From: Antedon mediterranea
Taxonomy: Eukaryota > Animalia > Echinodermata
Length of the DNA: 64,000 nucleotides
Assembly: GCF_964355755.1 (NCBI RefSeq)
Contig: NC_092673.1
Location: 5,456,001 to 5,520,000, forward strand
Reading direction: 5' to 3'
The notes beneath the pieces were generated by a model that saw only the letters and a list, made by a program, of their open reading frames with translations, did no database searches and had not been told where the DNA came from. The translations under genes and the position numbers were made by a program. Of this stretch, positions 48,728 through 62,904 are shown piece after piece. Position 1 is the first letter of the stretch. Each line of letters opens with the position of its first letter.

Positions 48728-51700
48728 ATGTCTCAGACAGCAGGAAGAAATTCAGAAGATACTTCATTACTAACAGATCCTCGTCTTGAAAGTTCACTGA
48801 ATCGAAACTTTAAGGAAGATACCGAGTACAGAGTTTATAAACGAAGATGGTTCATTTTGGCTGTACTTGGTATTCTTAATTTTTCTAATGCACTGGTAGG
48901 TAAATTATTCATGCATGTCATCAATATATATTTTACAAATTATTTATTTAATCACACTCTTGTTAACAATAAGACCAGCCAGAATAACAATGTATATAAT
49001 ATAGCAATTAAAAAATAAACACACACAAACACGTCAAACAAAATAACAAGGTTTATAGCAGTCTTACAATAATCAATTAATCAAATAAATATTGATTCAT
49101 CAAACAAAGACTTGTATGTGTTATGTATGATTTGTGCAATTTGTTCAATCGTGGTTAACATACTGTATATATACAGTCAGTGTTAATTTGTAGAGACTTT
49201 TCGATTGCTGCCAAGAAAAAATCAAGTGAAATTCTAATTGCTATATTGTCTGCATGTCTACACTACAACTGTACCATACTAACCAACAATCAAATCATTG
49301 TTTTGAATGCTTTACTTCTCACAGGAAAAACAGCAATTCAATTTTTCAATACTAAAGCTAATCTAGATCTCTTGGTATCCACAAAGAAGTCTCTTTTAAT
49401 TAAGGATAAGATGTTTAATTATAAATAAAAACTTCCTTCCTATTGTCTTCCTAAAAATATAATTTGTTAAAATTTTGTGTTGAATATGCCATTTTAATGT
49501 CACATAACAGTTATTTACTTGGACCAACAACTGGATCATCAAAATAAAATAATTTACCTGAAAAAATGCAAATGGTTTTTGGTTAAAATAGCCATTTCTT
49601 TTGACTTTTTATAGACTGAAATAATTATTTTTTTTGGTTTTTTTTTCTATGGAAGTGAATAAGCCAAATAGGCTAAAAAGTCTGATTTTATAAATCTTTA
49701 TTTTTCATGATTTTGGGGGACAATACATCTTTAATTTATTTAATTGACATATAACATTTTCATTATATAAAATAACCATGTTTATTAAACACAAATTTAA
49801 AACAAAATTATTGTAAAAAAAGCAGTAGAATTTCCATGATTTATTTGAAAAGAAACTCAAAAGATCGCTATCAGTATTTGCTTGTGTTAAATTATTTTCT
49901 GTTTAAAACAGGCAGAATCCGAAAGGATTTAAAAAGGACACGTGATGTAGTAAGTCCTAATTTGGTCACAAGGTCGTCTACCAGGATTTGCTTTATGTTT
50001 TTACATTAAAATCAATTTCTTTTTAAAATGATCAGAATCCTAAAAGGATTTAAAAAGAACATGTGACGTGTTGAGTTCTAATTTGGTCACAAGGTCCTCT
50101 ACCAGGATTTGCTTTATGTGTTTATGTTCAAATTAATTTCTTTTCAAAATAAGCAGAATCCTAAAAGGATTTAAAAGGGACGTCATGTGACATGGAGGCT
50201 TCTGATTTGGTCACAAAGTTTTTAAGAAGAAAAAAGTTTCTGGTGACCTACAGTACCTCGGTCATATTCCTGTTTTATTTACATTTTTGATGATAAGAAT
50301 ATAAGAAATGAATGCAAAAATAAAAAATTATTGTTTTTTTTTTTTTTTTATGTAACTGAATCATGAATGTTTTAATCATTTTTTTTTTCAGTCTTGGTTG
50401 ACTTTTAGTCCAGTTTCTGACCACTCGGCAAATTTTTATAATGTGAGTCCATCAAAAATCGATTGGCTATCGACAGTGTACATGATTGCTGCTATACCAG
50501 TTGGATTCCTGGCTATTTATCTATTAGATACATTTGGACTAAGATTAGGGGTAAGAACTATGACGATTTCATTAAAATAAAACTGTACCTATACCTATCC
50601 CGCTAATGAAATAATTGCATGGAAATAAAGATAACAAAAATGAGGATGCTTATAAAATGATGGTGTAATAATTAAATGTCATGTGACGACCTTGATTAGA
50701 GCAGTATATACCAATACAGGAAATTGTTTGTGGTTGTTGTGTTGGGCTTGCTTACTTGTTATTCCAGGGTCATTAGGTCAAACATGGACCTATAAATTAT
50801 GGGTCCGTTCAAATCTTAACTCACTCTCTTAAAGTACCAAGATTTGTCTCATAGCCTCACATTAGATAATTTAGAAAGATCTATCTGAATAGGCCTATGC
50901 TGTTTGAAATGTTTGTTGAAATAAAAAATAAATAATAATATGATTGTTCTTTGATTTTCTTTTTCAGATAATCACCGGAGCAACATTAAATTTTCTTGGG
51001 CTGGCTGTTCGTTACTTAAGTTCTTTTGATTTTATTTCAAAGGACCATCATATTCCGTACATGATCGTGCTTGGTGGACAGACACTATGTGCTATTGCTC
51101 AACCGTTTTTACTCTTTGCACCAACTAAACTTGCAGCTACTTGGTTTGCGGGAGACCAGAGGGCAGTAGCTAATATGATAGCATCGATGCTGAACCCACT
51201 CGGGCTCCTTGTTGTTAATATTGCGTCGCCCGCCATTGTGAAAAAAGATGGGGATATTACGTTAATGGTGTGAACTCCGTTTGTATTTTATAAATTGCTT
51301 GTTATGAATAGATACAGTAGTTGGAAGTGATAGTATGATTAGTGTGAATAAATAATGGAAATAGATAATGTGAATAAATAGTGTGAATAGATAGTCTGAA
51401 TAGATAATGGGAATCGATAGTGGGAATTGGTAGTGTGAATAGATAATGGGAATAGATAGTATGAATAGATAGTGGGAATAGATAGTGGGAATAGATAGTG
51501 GGAATAGATAATGTGAATAAATAGTGTGAATAGATAGTCTGAATAGATAATGGGAATCGATAGTGTGAATAGATAGTGTGAATAGATAATGGGAATAGAT
51601 AATATGAATAGATAGTGGGAATAGATAGTGGGAATGGATAGTACAAATAGATAGTGGGAATAGATAATGGAAATAGATAATGGAAATAGATATTATGAAT

Positions 51701-54700
51701 AGATAATGGAAATAGATATTATGAATAGATAGTGTGAATATATAGTCTGAATAGATAGTGGGAATAGATAATGGGAATAGATAGTGGGAATAATGTTATT
51801 AGATACTGTAATGGGAATAGTGTGAATAGATAGTGTGAATAGATAGTGTGAATAGATAGTGGGAATAGATAGTTGGAATAGATAATGGTAATAGACAGTA
51901 TGAATGGATAGTGTGAAAGGATAGCGTGAATAGAATACTCAAGATATTATGAATACTGTATGGTTTTATGAATAGACAGTGTGAATAGAACATTTGAATA
52001 GTGAATAGACCACGTGAGATTATATAAGTTTATGATGAATTGACAATTACCAACTTTAGTTTTTGCTTTGTTTAAGTACTGTACACTAATCGCACATGTT
52101 AATTTTGTAGCTTTTTGTGTACTTAATTCCGGGAGCAATTGGATTTTTGCTGAGCATATTCGGTTTCTGCAGCTCTGTGCCTCCATCCCCGCCATCAGCT
52201 AGTGCTGCTGAGGTTCATGAGACATTTTGGCAGGGACTGAAAAAGGTAAAGCTATCAACTAGACAAAAAAAGTGTGATGTGCCAAAATATGGTAGTGATA
52301 TTCCCAAATATTCCATATATGGACATTTTTGTTGTCACATAAAGTTTGATAGTGTAGACAGAGCTTTAGATAATCTTTACTTACACGTATTCATTCAATA
52401 ACTTCACACGTATATCATTTCATCATTAAGCATCAAAAGTAGAATGTTTTTAAAGTAAGTCATTAGGTTTACTTTAATTATTTATATCAGATCTTTAAAT
52501 TGGTAGTAGTATTTATTCTATTATGCATAGAACATTTTGATTAATTAAGTTTGTTTTGCATGTGGACATTTATGAATTATCACTAACTATTATAACAACT
52601 TTTCTTTATAGATTGTCAGAATACCAGCATATTTTCTTTTGTTTGTTAACTTTGGAGCCGGTTTTGGTTTGTTGAGTTCAATTTTATCAGTATTGCAGCA
52701 AATACTCTGTGTAAGAGGATACACAGATGTAAGTCTATTTATTTTAATAGAATTAAATACAATACAACTCTTTTTAGGGACACCTGTATTCAGGGGACAT
52801 CCCTAAAGCCGATTTTCCACTAGACGAATTTGTTCGTGCAAATCAAAATCGTCATGGTCTATGCATGCGTATTCAAGTTTCTGTCTGTGATACTCCCTTC
52901 TGCGACGAATCTAATTCCTTCGATTTTTTGCTGCAGCGAATTGTCTACTTTTTGCGAAGCGAAATAATGCGCAATTAATCAGAACTCAGGAAATGAGCTA
53001 TGACGCTTTCATGAGCCCTCATGCGAATCGAAAAGCTCAGCAGCCACGCGAGGGACATGGACGTTGCAGCTATTTGCTCATGTAGTAAAAAGAGAGTAGG
53101 CGATTTTTCTCTCTTCGAAACGTTGGATTCGCGCAAACAAATTGGCCTGGTGGAAAATCGGCTTTAATGAATCCCTATTCTGGAGACAACCTTATTTAGA
53201 TGATGCTGATTTTTATACCATATAAGTAAGATGAATTTTGTGATATCACAATTTTTTTTGTGGAACAATTGATTGATGATTCAATAAAAATAAACAGAAA
53301 AGTTTTTAGGTAAACAATTTGTTAGCGTTTTCGAAAACTAATACGATTTTTTATTGCAAACAAGCAAAACTACAAATCATTATGACAGATGCTGGTATTG
53401 CTATTGAATTTCAACAATGGAACTGAAACCTATAGTGTTAACAAAACTGAACAAGTAAACAAGAAATCTAGGCAGTAGCAAATTAATTTTAATTTTTTTA
53501 TTTTTAGGAATTTTCTGGGTATTGTGGCGCTTCCATGTTAGGTTTTGGAATAATTGCTGCATTTTTCTCGGGGCTTTATGTGGATAAGACCAAAAAATTT
53601 GAAGAAGTTACAAAGATATGTTTTTCATTAGCCGTTATCTGCTTTATGGCATTTACAATAGTAAGTAAAAGTTTCTTTAGAGGGATTTAAATTGCAGTGA
53701 TATCCAGATTACAGGAATCAATCAATTGTAACAAAATGTATTCAATAAACATTACTAAACAAAACCTAACACTATCACAATACGGATTTACTATGCACAA
53801 TTTCAAGCTTAGATATATCTGCAAGGTTGTAGTCATGTAAGTCCCTGATATAAAGAATGAAAGCTTAGAATATATTGTAGGAATCTTGCTAATAAGGAAC
53901 ATACACTTATGAAAGACTGCATTTCAGTCAACAAAACAGAAGCTTAAAATCATTGATGAGGATAAAAAATTTCACACGTGATGGCCAATTGACACAGACG
54001 AGGGGTAACAGTAACCGGAAACCTATATAGCTTGTCCCACGTAGAATCTGTATCTATCATGAGCGGAAACCACCCATTCGCTCTGTGCTTTATGTAAATA
54101 GTCATAATTAAATATCAATCTTTCCCCAAAAACATAAAAAATGAAGATTAATTAAATCAGACTTTGAATTGGTTATTTTGTAGTTTTAATAAAGTTAATC
54201 CCTTCTGTAAAAAATTTTTTTTTTAAACCGATTATGTGACATTAAAATGGCATATTCAACAACACAAATTTGAATAAATATTTTTTCAGGGGCAAGGAAT
54301 AACATAGATTCTATATTTTTATGACCGTTGGCCTTAATTAGGATTTTATGCCTTTGTGAAGTAGTATAAATATTATTTGTACATTAAAATCATTTATTTT
54401 TAATTTCTTTACAGCTGTCTACGTTTGATGATATGCAGATAGAACTCCTTATATTCTGTACAATGTTTGGTGTTTTAGGCCTAGCTCAATATGCTATAAC
54501 GTTTGAGTTAGGTGTGGAATGCACATATCCAGTACCTGAAGCAACAAGTGCTGGTTTCTTAGCGATGTCTGGGTATGTATTCCATCCATCCTTCAACAAA
54601 GCATTTAAAGACCTACAATTTGTGACGTTTTGTAAAAATAATACATGTATATTACTTTAAAAACATTAAACCAGGTCATTCCTTGTCTTAAATGTCTGTT

Positions 54701-56952
54701 TTATGGTAAATTATGATAAAAAGTGAAAAACAATGCACTACCTAAGTAGCTTAGTTTTGTAGGCCTAGCTGGTAAACATCGGTAAAGTACGAACATCGTA
54801 CGCTAGCTATATACCTAGCCTGACGTTGTATAGTTGCTGCATTAATTGTCTTTCTATTTTTGCCAGACTCCATTTATACAAGTTGGGGAAACCCGGTATT
54901 TTCGCTGAAAAGTTAGGAGTCTTCCATTTGTTTTGGCCTCATGATCGATCGAAAAGTGGGTGAATTACAGACGAAAAACAAATATTTCAATCCGCACGCA
55001 ATGCATTTTGGGATTTATAGCGGGCTGCTATAATTATTAGAATTAACTTATTTTTCACATTTTTAATTATCTAAAGACAAAAAAAGTTTTTTTTATATTG
55101 AGGCATTGAGGCTTTGGCATAATGCGCTATCTAAGGCTGAATTATTATTATTAATGAAATAAAAACCAACACATTCTTGCTAATGAATCATACCATTCAT
55201 TCATAAACATATTTTTTGTAATATACAACAAAACCTCCCTAAACCAAGAACAGATTTTAAAAACGTTGATAACAAAGGATTTATGAAATCTATAAACACA
55301 TGAAACAAAGTTTATAGAAAGTACTTAAAATCATGTATAATAATAAATAAAAAACAAATTAAATAGCATATAGAAACTCATATAGCATACTTCTCTAACA
55401 AAGTTATGGAAACAAATGGCAAACAATCTTTGTTTGTAATTTCTTTACATTAAATCTTTAAAAATCACCAAACCTATAGAAATAGAAAAGTGATATCTAA
55501 TTGTGATAATCAATAGTTCTAATGCATGTTAATTCAATTAAATAAAACTTTATTACTCAAAACTCCGGGGAAATTCATAATTTAATTAAATGTGGTAATA
55601 CAAAGATTCATAAAAACATTTTAAAAATACACAGCAATCATAACAAAAACCTAAAATATGTTACAAAAAGACAGAGAGCAGATAGCACCCATTGCAGGAT
55701 CTAACTTCGGTAGGAATGAATGATTTATTATAGCACTCAGTACCAGTTTTCTCTTGCCTACAAAAAAAAATTGCAATCAATTCAATTCAAATGCAAATTT
55801 TTTTTTTCAGAGTGAAGGATAAATGCATAAAAACAATAATCAGTTTATAGCTCATATTTCTCTCATAATTGTTTGTATTGCTGAGAAGGAATGCAGATGG
55901 CAGTAAGCCTTGCTTGCCTTCTGGACAAAAAAGACTAAGGGCGGATTACAATATAAAGACCTAGGCTTAGACTTAAGCCTGGCTTTAACCTAAGACCTCT
56001 GGAAAGTCTCAGTTAAGCCTATTTGTTCCTAGGCCCATGTTTTTAAAATAATGCACAGTAGGCTTAACAGTCAATCTTTCAACTGAAATAACCGCACCAT
56101 TTTACTCATAAACATTCATTTATTGTATAAAATGTAACCATTTACTGATATATTTTTCAGCCAAATCCAGGGTATAGCATTTATGTTATTCTTCCAATTC
56201 CTGGCAACAGAAGAGATACATCCCAATCAAAAGTGTACAAATAATCCTAGTGAGAAGATACATGTTTTAACAAGTAAGCAAAGCATTTTTTATTAAAAAT
56301 AATATGTATTTAAACAACCATTTTAAATGATCATACTGTATATTATTGGATAAAATTTTAAAAGATAAACTATGAATAAAATGTGTATAAATAATGTGTA
56401 CATAGAAGGTGACTCAATCAAGATTCGAACATAAGCTTTTTGGCTTTCTTAATGCCCAACCATTAAACCACATTAATACTAATGGATATCAAATTAAGCT
56501 AATATAAAAATATATACTTTATTTTTTAATAATATCTAACCAATATGTTACATTTTTAAACAGCCCTTTTTAAAAAAACAATTTACCCTGCTATTTAATG
56601 ACTAAGAAATTGATCAAAATATGTCTCGATTAGCCTAGGTTGACTTGATTTAGTTAAAGATTTAGTTGAAGTTCTGAACTACGACTTAAGTTAAGTTATG
56701 TCTGTGTTTTCATTTTACTAAGCAAAAAATACCTGAATTTGTTATTAATAAATGTTCTAACCCTTAATTTGTTTTAAATTTACAGCTCCACTTTTAATCT
56801 GCTGTGGATATGTTACATTTACTTGTTTCTTGTTTGTCACTTTCTTCAAAACAAAATATCTCCGACTGGAAGCTGAACAACGCTCCGGAGCTGATAGCAT
56901 TCTAAACTACAACACAATTGCTAACTACAGACAACAACCTGTGTACTCGTGA
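48728..56952 (+). CDS. SLC49A3: MFS transporter SLC49A3/MFSD7, 9 exons (48728-48895, 50392-50550, 50968-51267, 52111-52245, 52612-52728, 53508-53660, 54415-54572, 56161-56273, 56786-56952), ~489 aa
   Basis: YKRRWFIL..LNFSNA; IDWLSTVY; LDTFGLR; GQTLCAIAQPF..PTKLAATWF..QRAVANMIASMLNPLG; PPSPPSASA; ELGVECTYPVPE; YLRLEAE. Confidence 0.92.
49870..50220. repeat. About 3 diverged tandem copies of a ~122-bp unit
   Basis: cagaatcc..aaggatttaaaa and atttggtcacaa recur three times. Confidence 0.85.
51302..52010. repeat. Degenerate 13-bp minisatellite (AATAGATAGTGKG)
   Basis: Read directly; intronic. Confidence 0.9.
52807..53163. mobile_element. Harbinger-like MITE nested in an older element remnant
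   Basis: TIR agccgattttccactag / ctggtggaaaatcggct, TAA/TTA flanks; ggggacac repeats on the flank. Confidence 0.75.
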
Positions 56953-57149
56953 TGATAGAATAAAGCATTGTTTAGTTTGAACACAATTTGATTTAAGAAT
57001 GGTACTCTAATTGAAAATATACTCAGCTTGTGTACAAAATGCTAAGTTTAAAAGTATCATAACGTCAGGATAAAGTTCCCACCAAGGGTAGAGCATAACC
57101 GAGATCTAAAAAGTAGATTGTATATGATCTAGTATAAACCTATGCTCGC

Positions 57150-57590
57150 TCGAGTATGATCCCATGCTAAAGTATGATCCCATGCTCAAGTATGATCACA
57201 TGTTCAAGTATGATCCCATGCTCAAGTATGATCACATGTTCGAGTATTATCCCATGCTCAAGTATGATCACATGTTCGAGTATGATCCCATGCTCAAGTA
57301 TGATCACATGTTCGAGTATGATCCCATGCTCAAGTATGATCACATGTTCGAGTATGATCCCATGCTCAAGTATGATCACATGTTCAAGTATGATCCCATG
57401 CTCAAGTATGATCACATGTTCGAGTATTATCCCATGCTCAAGTATGATCACATGTTCGAGTATGATCCCATGCTCAAGTATGATCACATGTTCGAGTATG
57501 ATCCCATGCGCGAGTATTATCTCATGCTAGATTATAACCCCATGCTCGAGTATATTCCTATGCTTGAGTATATTCCCATGCTTGAGTAAA
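57150..57590. repeat. 18-bp minisatellite with 36-bp higher-order period, downstream of the SLC49A3 stop
   Basis: Alternating gagtatgatcccatgctc / aagtatgatcacatgttc units. Confidence 0.95.
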
Positions 57591-58815
57591 ATCACAGTTT
57601 CTGATTAGGCTAAATTAAAGGTAAAAGTTTGGTAAATTCCATCCGAGTATAATCCCAACCCCTAATTTTTCCCAAATTTCATAACCAGGTGGTATATGTA
57701 TATATGATGATATACATAGATTAGAAAGGCCTAGAGGAAACTCTAAACTTAGAAAGTTGAGAAAAATCTGGCCGAACCGAGATTTGTAGAAGAATCTTCT
57801 TACATATATATATATATCTGAGCATGGTGAAAAACTTTTATTTTATATACCTGTATATGAAATTTTATATTCCATCTGAACATAATATATAGAGAGAGAG
57901 TTATTCTTCTGTATAAATTGTACAATAATTAAGAATAAACTGAAAATATTTTTATCAGTTAAAAAAAAACTTTGATACTTAGAAGGAAACAAGAGAATTA
58001 TGATTGACTTCAAAATAGAAAAATCTATGGACAAATGAAGAGAAGAGCCAAAAACAAAAGGGTTGGAAGGATGCCATGATAGATCTGAAAACTTAAAATA
58101 TTGATTGGTAATACTGCCACCAAAGAGACACAATAACATTAATATAACATTTCCAAAGTAGGCCTACAAGTACCAAGTGATATGGTGCAGTTGCAGATCC
58201 AGAATTTTGAAATAGGTGGAGGAGACGTAGCCTAAAAATGTTTCGAAATTGATATCATTTTTTCATTATATTTGTCAAAATTTAGGAGGAATCTGGGAAT
58301 TATTTGGTAAACAATTTTTATATTGACAAATTTATATACCTCAAGAATGCGTAGTTTAAGATCGATTAATTGAACAAATTAAGATTTCCAGAACAAAACA
58401 GTCTCTTGTAGATGGTGTAGCTGTATCTACTTCACTTTTTAAATGTGTGTGGTTTTTTTACAGGTTAAATCAATTTTGTAGATAATATATTCTATAAATT
58501 ATAATAATCAACTTTATGAAATTTATATAAAATTGTGTAAGGATAATTTATTAAAATAGAAATAGACTGTATACTCTAAAAGGTAATGTTGGTACTATAA
58601 GATATAATTAGGTTACAGTATATTATATATGTGGTTGAGCCTATTTAATCACCAAGGAAATTTGTTTTTTTATAAGTAGCAATGACATTGTGACTAAGAG
58701 AGGTTTGTGTGTTTGTAAGTTACCCTAGAACCATTGCCAATTTAGAGATGTGATAGTTCATATTGCTATCACTGTAAAAATTCAAAGTTACTAAAATCAT
58801 CTATTCTAAAATAAT

Positions 58816-59205
58816 TTAAAGATATATTGTCCCCCTAAAAAAATAATAATTGTTTACATTTTTTGTTGTTGTTGTTGAATATGCCATTTTAATATCACAT
58901 AATAGTTATTTTTTGTTGTTGTTGTTGAATATGCCATTTTAATATCACATAATACCGTAGTTATTCACTTTGACCAAAAACTGGATAAAATTTTCTGAAA
59001 AATGTAATTTAAAGAAAAATAAATTGTAAATTTGGTTGAAATCATGGAGTAACTCCATGGTTGAAATTAACCATTTCTTTTGTCTTTTTATGAAATAATT
59101 ATTTTTTTTTAATTTTTGATTCTACAGAAGTGAATAACTTGATTAAAACTGCAAAATGGTCTATTCAAAATCTGATTTTATTAATCTTTAGACAATACAT
59201 TGTTA
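58816..59205. mobile_element. TTAA-flanked Kolobok-like MITE
   Basis: ttaaagatatattgtcccc ... gacaatacattgttaa; related copies at ~43410-43650, ~49440-49735, ~54120-54300. Confidence 0.6.
59043..59059. mobile_element. 17-bp P-type mini-hairpin or excision footprint
   Basis: CATGGAGTAACTCCATG flanked by 8-bp TSD GTTGAAAT; absent from the sister MITE copy at ~49580. Confidence 0.7.
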
Positions 59206-60068
59206 AGAAAAAATTAAAATTAAATGAAATTTGTGTGTAATGTAAGGTAAAACTTATTTAAACAATAATTTGTTCAAAATAGAATAATTTCAAGCACTCA
59301 TTATATGTAAGAGTGTTTTTTAACAAATAAAAAATTGTAAAGTGATTTCTGTTTATTTTATTATTTGAACTTGCTACATAATTAATGCGCTACTCGATCT
59401 AAGTTTTTTGGCGCGCACGCTCATCCTCTTTTGGCGCTACGCTCATCCTCTTTTAACATGGCGCGTACGCTCATCCTCTTTTGCTGTGTACGCTCATCCT
59501 TTTTTGGCGCGTACGCACGCTCATCCTCCTTCCTCCTGTGCGTAAGATATACGCGTTTCCGGTCGATATCAAAACACACACGTGGTTGAGTTTTGTGTTT
59601 TATATTTGGTTGTATTGTTGTTTTCTTGTTTTGATTACTAGCTCCCTCTATAAATAAAGGTTGTGAGTGACGTTTTGACCTCTTTTTGGAATGTTTCAAA
59701 ATTATGTAGGGGCGTTATATATAATAATATTGAGACACACAGTTTGACGTTTAATAAATACGTTTTAATAACATTTAATTGCAAATTTATTAATAAAACT
59801 AGTATGTGTGATAAAAAGGGATTGTTGTTGAACAGATTGTGTTTTGTAAATATTCACGTAACTTGTGTTTGATAATTGTTAAAGATTTATTACTATCTCC
59901 CAGATTGCCCTATGTTGTGTGATGGTGGAGGGAAGTAAAATCTACCACACCCTGCACGCACTATTTGGAGGCTATCGACGATAGTGATTCTGTTCAACCA
60001 CGAAGTTGGCCTGTCTGATATGTGTTTCTCAACCTTTTCGGTGCTTAGTGGACTATAAAAAACTACCC

Positions 60069-60120
60069 ATGGAGTTAGAAAATATTGTTGCAAATACGGT
60101 GTATTTGAAAGCAAGAGAAG
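60069..60120 (+). CDS. G protein-coupled receptor kinase, GRK4/5/6 subfamily, first coding exon
   Basis: MELENIVANTVYLKARE(G), 52 nt, followed by GTAAGT; matches the conserved N-terminus of GRK4/5/6. Confidence 0.92.
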
Positions 60121-61531
60121 GTAAGTAAAACTTAGCAGTTATCTGAATCCTAATGACAGTCTGTTAAATTAGTGAGCTAAATATTATTCTTTGCTTCTCG
60201 GGTGCTGGTCAAATTATCGCTGGCCACTAAGCCACTAAGCGGTGAAAGCGGAGCTCTTTTTCCTGTATGGTGCACATTCTCCCAGGCTAGCGTTCGGCCT
60301 AGCCTTGAAAATACCCAATACGCAAATTGTGAGGTATAAACACATAGTTTTACTAGCCTAGACTGTATAGTTGAATTGCCCTACTCGTTTTTGTGCTACA
60401 GCAGTACAAAGATTTTGCATTGCACGTAACAGTATATATATATAGGCTATCTCAAATTTTTATTTCACAAATAAATATATTTTTAATTTATTTATATAAA
60501 TTATTATTTAAAGCAGCCTAGCTAGAGAGTACAGTACTACAGTAGGCCTAGTTATAGATGCTCAGGTAGGGTAGGCCCTTTCTTATTGCCAGAATTGGCA
60601 AAAACAATACTACACAGTGTTATTCTATTTACTGTAAAGATTAAGAATCAGTTTCAATACAGTTATTGTTTCCAAAGTTATTTGACCCGCAGTAGGTAGA
60701 TGTGAAATGCATTACCAACAAATTATTAATACTAATAGATCGTATAGATAGACGCATATATTATATTACTTCAATTAAGAGTCAATACATGAAAAAGTAT
60801 TACTTTTGTTAATGTTTTTTTATATCTTGTACATAATTTAGTTTACGTTTCCTTGTACTGTAGATACTGTAGGCCTATTTTTAAATCATTTTTTTTCCTC
60901 TAACTTTAATTTTACTTACTCTGGACGCACTTTCATTCAAGAAGTGTACCACTGTTTCAAAAGTGTAGCCTCCAAATAAATTATTATTATTATTATACAA
61001 TGCAATAATTATTTTATATGTAATACACGATATAGAGCGCATTATAAATGTTTTTATTTTTATTTATTTTAAATCAGTTCAGTTTACAGTACAGTGCAAG
61101 AGAAAATGAGCATGGAATTGTATAGCTTCATTGTGGAATCAGGAAGTGAAGCTACCTGTTTACCTTCCCAATTGACCTTGATATTTTTTTTTTGGATACA
61201 TTGATTAAAAAAGAATTTCAAACTTTTAATAAAATAATGAATTTTACAATTCGGTGGTGACCGATTGCAAAATGTATGTTTGTTTAAATGTCGACAGTAT
61301 GATCCTTCGGTAGTGACACACCTTGCTGGTTCACAAAGGACATTGGGTTAATTATTGAGAGTACAAACTTCAGAACATAGTCCAAATTGAAAGTTTGTAG
61401 AGGTTATGAAGCAAGCTTTATAGTAAAAGCACAACCTACTGCTAGGACCAAAGTTTCTCAGCTACAAAAATCTAAAAGTTGGCTGCAGTATGTACAACAT
61501 CTTAGACAATGGCCAAGGTTAACCCTGTATA

Positions 61532-62396
61532 GGCCCGTTCATATCGAACTTAGGGCGAGATAAATTTACTATGATTAACGAGATGATGTTGCCATAACTT
61601 TGATGTGAACGAATTATTAGGGCGAGATGAAGGAATTTCCTCAACTACGGTCAGTCAAGGCCATCGCCTCGATGGAATAGTAAATCCACTTGTAAAGCTA
61701 GAAAACGATTGAGGTAATTAACACCAATACACCAATCATATTAAAGCAAATTTCAACTTTGACATATAAACATCAACAAATTAGCTTTATTTCTGAACCA
61801 CATGTTAACCGAGAGCGACGATCTGTCATATTACTATTTTAAAACTTATTTCAATACAGTACATCTGTACCGCATTCATCATGTCCGAAAAAGTAAAAGC
61901 GAAGACAAAAAATGTTACATCTAGGCTTGTATGAAAAAAAACATGATCTCCCCAAGTTCGCGCTGTTGTTCCTCGGCATATCGTACAGTAGGTATCTGAG
62001 CCGTCGTCAACTAACGCAAACAGCAGCAAAGCAGTACCTTCATCTAGTTCAGTGTCGTGTCATCATTAATCATTTGTAAAAATATAGGTAAAAACCCCGA
62101 TAATAATAATAACTGAGGAAGCATTGTGTCGACGGATCGTTAAGCAGTACTCGAAAAAGAAGAAGGTGGTAGAATGGGTGCGTATACACACAAGGAATAG
62201 CCCACAATAAAGTGCCCTAACCTGTTCAACTGTACTTCCTGTTTGTGTCGGCGGGGTCGCGAGCATGTGATGCTTAAGTTATCTCGCCCTAACATGAGCC
62301 GTCGAACGCAATTTAATGAATTTAATCGAATTACCGCTCTCGTAAAATTTAACTAGATCAGTACTTATCTCGCCCTAAGTTCGATATGAACCCAAC
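61532..62396. mobile_element. Non-autonomous PIF/Harbinger-like element, ~860 bp
   Basis: TIR gttcatatcgaacttagggcgagataa / ttatctcgccctaagttcgatatgaac, with subterminal ttagggcgagat repeats. Confidence 0.75.
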
Positions 62397-62674
62397 TTTT
62401 GAAACAATATACTCATTGATTTAAATTTTAGAGATGTAACTACAGTAATCCAATAATTTGCATTAAATGAATGCAAGGTCAATCTGAAATATCTGCTTAA
62501 ATAAAAGACCATAATCAAAGTGAATGCCAGGAAATTAAACATAGTGGTTTTGTTCATATTGATTTGGATTATTTACACATAAAGCTAAATAATCAACCTT
62601 ATTGATATTGTATTACTGTAAGTACAGCATGGACATATTGTATTAGATATTACTCTTTGATTGGTATTATATAG

Positions 62675-62900
62675 TAGTACAGTATTTTTGTCTGTGTAAA
62701 TTGTTTATCTAAAGTTTAACCATATTCATTTGTGGTAATTTCGCTGTAGACCTAAGGTAGAGGGTACAGTATTTTTTCTGTGTAAATTGTTTATCTAAAG
62801 TTTAACCATATTCATTTGTAGTAATTTCGCTGTAGACCTAAAGGCAGATGGTACAGTATTTTTTCTGTGTAAATTGTTTATCTAGTTCAACCATATTTAG
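62675..62900. repeat. About 2.5 tandem copies of an ~88-bp unit
   Basis: gtacagtattttt..ctgtgtaaattgtttatcta recurs three times. Confidence 0.85.
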
Positions 62901-62904
62901 CTGT

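Noticed and set aside
51302-51993. Hydrophobic minus-strand ORFs
   Set aside because: Translations of the 13-bp intronic minisatellite
55200-55810. Degenerate LINE fragments
   Set aside because: Weak similarity, many stops, boundaries not definable by eye
57164-57589. ORFs on both strands
   Set aside because: Stop-free 18-bp minisatellite downstream of the SLC49A3 stop
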